A DNA stretch of 64,000 nt from Bacteroidia bacterium. GTDB taxonomy: Bacteria > Bacteroidota > Bacteroidia > NS11-12g > UBA9320. This document shows positions 60,189-64,000 of the stretch, one piece after another. The notes below the pieces were generated by a model that was not told the DNA's origin, did no database searches, and worked only from the letters and a program-made list of their open reading frames with translations. Within the stretch, counting starts at the first letter, position 1. Each line of letters opens with the position of its first letter. The translations under genes and the position numbers were made by a program. The stretch spans positions 96,001 to 160,000 of the forward strand of contig CBDCFW010000003.1 in NCBI GenBank assembly GCA_965216465.1. Reading direction: 5' to 3'.

Positions 60189-60641
60189 ATGAACGAATTG
60201 AAATTAGTGCTATTATTTTTCGCAGCAAGCTTTATGATTGCATGCGGATCAGGCGATAAATCAGAGTCGAATGAAGAAACAACAGTAGAACCTGAAGTTG
60301 AAGAAGTTTCAGGCAGTGTTTCTTTTGGAAATATTCAAGATGGTGATACGCTAACATCGCCTTTTCTAATGGAAATGTATGTAGAAGGAATGACCGTTGA
60401 ACCTAAAGGCGAACCTCGCGAAGGATATGGCCACCATCACTTACTCATAAATGATGGGTTTATTGATGAAGGCATTGTCATTATAGCGGATTCAACTCAC
60501 ATTCATTATGGTGGTGGACAAACATCAGATTCAGTAGCACTTGCTCCGGGCAATTATCAGTTAACACTGCAGTTTGCGGACGGTATGCACGTGTCATACG
60601 GCGAAAATTGGTCTGCATCGATTGATGTCGTTGTAGAGTAG
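60189..60641 (+). CDS. DUF4399-family lipoprotein
   Basis: Lipobox MIAC, GHHHLLI, HYGGGQT, L.PG.Y.LTLQFADG.H. Confidence 0.85.
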   Translation: MNELKLVLLFFAASFMIACGSGDKSESNEETTVEPEVEEVSGSVSFGNIQDGDTLTSPFLMEMYVEGMTVEPKGEPREGYGHHHLLINDGFIDEGIVIIADSTHIHYGGGQTSDSVALAPGNYQLTLQFADGMHVSYGENWSASIDVVVE

Positions 60642-60744
60642 TGTAGAGATATCTATTCACATTGACCCCATAAGGGCATTAATTTTTAATGCACTTCTCT
60701 TCTAAATTATTGACCAAGCTTACTTTTGATAAAGTTAGCTCAGG

Positions 60745-61977
60745 TTGATGAAAATTAAACTTAGATTTACAGTAGCACTACTGCTTGCTCAATTAACGTT
60801 GTTCGCTCAGGATAGTGAACGCAAACATTCTATCGGTCTATACCAAAATTTTACGGATTATAATGTTCAACTTTTGGATGGCAATTGGACTACATTCGAT
60901 AGTTCATTCTCCCATTCAACACGAATTGCCTATCAAAGACTTATATCTCCGACATGGATGTTCAATATAGGAGTTAGTAATGGCTTTATTCTTGGCCAAT
61001 CTATTGATGATGAGTATGTTGAGAAAGCATTTGCAACTGGGGTTGATGGACAAATAATCCTTCGGTTGAACAACGGTCGAATAATTAAGCAAGAAGCACT
61101 TGTAGGTCCTTTTCTTAGCTTTGGATATCAGGCAGACTATATCAACAAATACAAAGAGATGGGTAATTCCCCTTGGAGCACCCATAGTATGTACGGACTT
61201 GGTGTTAACATTCCTCTATCAAACAGAACCCACATTCAGTTGCAATCGAGCATCAACCAAAAACTTGGTGACGATTTCAATACAAGCTTACAATACCGAA
61301 TGGGCATAACACAAAGTTTAGGACGGCTTGAAGACAAACCTGCTTTAAGTGACCCAAATCTTGACTCTGATGGTGACGGTATTGCAGATAAGGATGATAT
61401 GTGTCCAGGACGATTTGGAGTTGCAGAAAAGAATGGTTGTCCAATTAAGAATAATCCAATTCGGGTTAACCCTCATCGAGAAGACAGTCTAATTCACTTA
61501 AATAACCTAAAGAAGTCGAAAATATTAAGTCTAGAACAAGAACTGGATGATCTGCAAAAGAAGTACGCTGCAATTACTAGTGACACTAAAGCTTCCGATA
61601 CTGTTTATGTTCAAGATACACTTAAGGATTTAGAGATTGAATCGCTAAAAAGTCAATTGGATAGCTTGTTAACTGTAAACAAGAGATTGAAATCTTTAAC
61701 CCCAACTGAAATTCCCAAAGCTAAAACACCAGCTGATCGAACTCTGAGTGAAGATCAAAACTTTTACGTAGTAACAATTTCAGCAGTGTCAAAGGCAGGT
61801 GCAGAAGAATGGTTGGTTGAAATGCGAAAAGAATTTAGTTCCTCTATCATTATTCCACAGGCAGATGGGTTGTACAGAGTAGGGGTGTTTGCTGGAAAAG
61901 ATATTAAGCATGCCAACAATCTATTAAAACGAGCCAAGGAAGTTGGATTTGAAACAGCGTGGCTATACATTAAATAA
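60745..61977 (+). CDS. Outer-membrane beta-barrel + TSP3-like repeat + coiled coil + SPOR-like protein
   Basis: Amphipathic strands, DSDGDGIADKDDMCP...GCP, C-terminal FYVV..GLYRVGV..AW. Confidence 0.7.
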   Translation: MMKIKLRFTVALLLAQLTLFAQDSERKHSIGLYQNFTDYNVQLLDGNWTTFDSSFSHSTRIAYQRLISPTWMFNIGVSNGFILGQSIDDEYVEKAFATGVDGQIILRLNNGRIIKQEALVGPFLSFGYQADYINKYKEMGNSPWSTHSMYGLGVNIPLSNRTHIQLQSSINQKLGDDFNTSLQYRMGITQSLGRLEDKPALSDPNLDSDGDGIADKDDMCPGRFGVAEKNGCPIKNNPIRVNPHREDSLIHLNNLKKSKILSLEQELDDLQKKYAAITSDTKASDTVYVQDTLKDLEIESLKSQLDSLLTVNKRLKSLTPTEIPKAKTPADRTLSEDQNFYVVTISAVSKAGAEEWLVEMRKEFSSSIIIPQADGLYRVGVFAGKDIKHANNLLKRAKEVGFETAWLYIK

Positions 61978-61980
61978 GCA

Positions 61981-63093
61981 ATGCGGAAAGTTGTAATCAT
62001 ATCTCTTATTGCTACATGCTCATTTCAGAGTGTAGCTCAGAAGCACGATCCTGCTCGATACTCGGTCTATTATAAAACACATCGTTTTTACGATCCAGGT
62101 GTTTATACGTTGGGTTCAACTAATAATGCAAAAGCACAAGGAGGTGGAATAGAGGTATTAAAAGATGTGAGTAAACGAATTACTTTAGGATTGGGTTATG
62201 GTTTTATGCAAGTAGACAGCTTAGCCTATGGTAACTTAGCAACGTCGCAAGCGGCACACCACCAAATAGAAGGAAATGTCGGGTTAAAGTTGTTACAAAC
62301 GAAACGTGTTAAGCCCTATGTCTTCTTTGGATATGCTTACAACCATATGAGTCAACTCGAAAGTTTTGACGTGAAGCCATATGGAGCCTATGTGAACTTT
62401 GGTAGTCGTTGCGAAATAAAGCTAACAACTAATTTGGCGGTTGCATATGGATTAACCTATAATTTTAGCTTATCTGAGAACATGAGGTATAACTTCAGGC
62501 ATCAATATGGACTCGTTTTTACACCGCGATTAATAAAGCAGTCGAATTCGAATGATCGCAGGGTTGAAGAAGATTATCAAGAAGCACTAGCAATTGAAAA
62601 TCAGCTACTAAAGGAGCAATTAGACTCTGTTCAGCACTTAGTTGATATTCAATCAGAACTTGAAAAGTCACCAGAAGAAAACAGTTTACTTGTAGCCTAT
62701 AATGCAGATTTAAATCAAAAAATTGAACAGTTAGAGCAAGATAACCAAAGACTTCTTGATGAACTCAGAACCAAGCGCTTTTTAAGCGATTCATTATTGC
62801 TTACTGATTTTTCAGGATATACCTTCATTAACGACAAAGGTGATGTAATAAGCCTAAATGTTAGTGAGCTTAAAAAAGGGTATTATCTATCGTTCGTGAA
62901 CGCTAGTAGTTTGAAAAAAGCACAAGAACTGATGGCAAATGAGCATTTTTCTTCGCTCGAATCAGTTTATATCTTAAATCGATTTGATACTTTTTTAGTC
63001 GTGGGTTATCTTACTGAAAAAGAGCGTGTTGCAAAGAAGTACTTGGAAAAAATAGATGAGAATAAGTACAATTATCGAATCTTCCACTTTTAA
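61981..63093 (+). CDS. Outer-membrane beta-barrel + coiled coil protein with degenerate SPOR-like end
   Basis: Signal peptide, KPYVFFGYAY and other barrel strands, coiled coil. Confidence 0.6.
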   Translation: MRKVVIISLIATCSFQSVAQKHDPARYSVYYKTHRFYDPGVYTLGSTNNAKAQGGGIEVLKDVSKRITLGLGYGFMQVDSLAYGNLATSQAAHHQIEGNVGLKLLQTKRVKPYVFFGYAYNHMSQLESFDVKPYGAYVNFGSRCEIKLTTNLAVAYGLTYNFSLSENMRYNFRHQYGLVFTPRLIKQSNSNDRRVEEDYQEALAIENQLLKEQLDSVQHLVDIQSELEKSPEENSLLVAYNADLNQKIEQLEQDNQRLLDELRTKRFLSDSLLLTDFSGYTFINDKGDVISLNVSELKKGYYLSFVNASSLKKAQELMANEHFSSLESVYILNRFDTFLVVGYLTEKERVAKKYLEKIDENKYNYRIFHF

Positions 63094-63182
63094 CTAGAAC
63101 CAACAGAAACGTCCGTTTATCGATAAGTGAGAATAACTCCACTCATTTTTCGTTTTTTTGCCGCAATTATTTTGAATTTAGA

Positions 63183-64000
63183 ATGAAAAAATCAATAATC
63201 TTATTTAATCTTTTTATGTTTTCTCTAGCATCTTTTGCTCAGTCTCCTTTTGAATTAGTCGAAAAGGTTGAGCCTCAAGAAGGAAAAGTTGTTATCCCTT
63301 ATGAGAAGTACAAGTTAACAGTTAATGACCTAACATTAATTATTCATGAAGACCACTCTGATCCAATTGTGAATGTACAAGTTGCATATCACGTAGGAAG
63401 TGCACGAGAAAGTGTGAGAAACAGTGGTTTTGCCCATTTCTTTGAGCACATGATGTTCCAAGGTTCTGCTCACGTTGAAGATGAGGAGCACTTTAAAATC
63501 ATCAGTGAAGCCGGTGGTACGAACAATGCATATACTGCATTCGACAAAACAGTTTATCACCAAACTGCACCAAGTAACCTAACTGAAACCATGTTATGGC
63601 TTGAAGCAGACAGAATGGGTACTCACCTTGAAGGTTTTACACAAGCCAAGTTTGAGAACCAAAGAGACGCAGTTAAAAACGAAAAAAGACAGCGTTACGA
63701 CAACCAACCTTACGGTATGGTAAACGAGATCCTTTTCAAGACTCTTTACTCAAACCACCCATACGAATGGACTCCAATTGGGTTTGTTGATGATCTTGAT
63801 ATTGCAACATTTGAAGATTTACGTAATTTCTTCTTAAGATGGTATGGACCAAACAACGCAGCGGTTGTTGTTTCTGGTGATGTTAACCCAGAGGAAGTTA
63901 AAGCTTGGGTAGCAAAATACTTTGGAGGTATCCAAAAATGTCCAGAGGTTAGAAACATGTATCCTAAGAAACCTCAGTTGTCAATGGACTATTATGTAAA
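63183..64000 (+). CDS. M16 (insulinase/pitrilysin) zinc protease, 3'-truncated; missing from the ORF track
   Basis: ATG 63183 MKKSIILF.., YHVGSARE, GFAHFFEHMMFQGS (HxxEH), NAYT, LEADRM; frame open to the window end. Confidence 0.93.
   Translation, partial: MKKSIILFNLFMFSLASFAQSPFELVEKVEPQEGKVVIPYEKYKLTVNDLTLIIHEDHSDPIVNVQVAYHVGSARESVRNSGFAHFFEHMMFQGSAHVEDEEHFKIISEAGGTNNAYTAFDKTVYHQTAPSNLTETMLWLEADRMGTHLEGFTQAKFENQRDAVKNEKRQRYDNQPYGMVNEILFKTLYSNHPYEWTPIGFVDDLDIATFEDLRNFFLRWYGPNNAAVVVSGDVNPEEVKAWVAKYFGGIQKCPEVRNMYPKKPQLSMDYYV

Noticed and set aside
1202-63958. Numerous 60-115-aa ORFs antisense to or nested in long genes (e.g. 3175-3498, 29461-29802, 30585-30932, 46231-46509, 63336-63563)
   Set aside because: Shadow ORFs of well-supported genes with no recognisable motifs

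Overview
64 kb of gene-dense, AT-rich bacterial chromosome, most likely Bacteroidota: it has TAnnTTTG -7 promoters, very short 5' leaders without SD sequences, and PorE-like, DUF4837, DUF1573 and DUF3127 genes. It is mostly housekeeping and envelope genes (recQ, yidC, purN, prfC, HtrA, ruvB, queG, cinA, frameshifted prfB, ddl, ppx, an M16 peptidase), plus tRNA-Arg(ACG) and tRNA-His(GTG). I found no integrase, transposase, CRISPR array or rRNA. Four signals stand out. (1) Both tRNAs are followed by the same diverged ~280-bp element: a CTCG-loop hairpin with a bulged A, ~2.3 copies of a 98-99-bp hairpin repeat, and a GCAGGT end. (2) A helically phased TTAAG array covers the promoter of a putative regulator that looks like an ATPase-less sigma54-activator remnant, divergent from a small basic orphan gene. 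(3) A glutamate-cysteine-ligase-family/CBS fusion is coupled to an AstE-like deacylase. (4) There is a candidate structured RNA upstream of prfB. All family calls come from motif recognition by eye; no searches were run.
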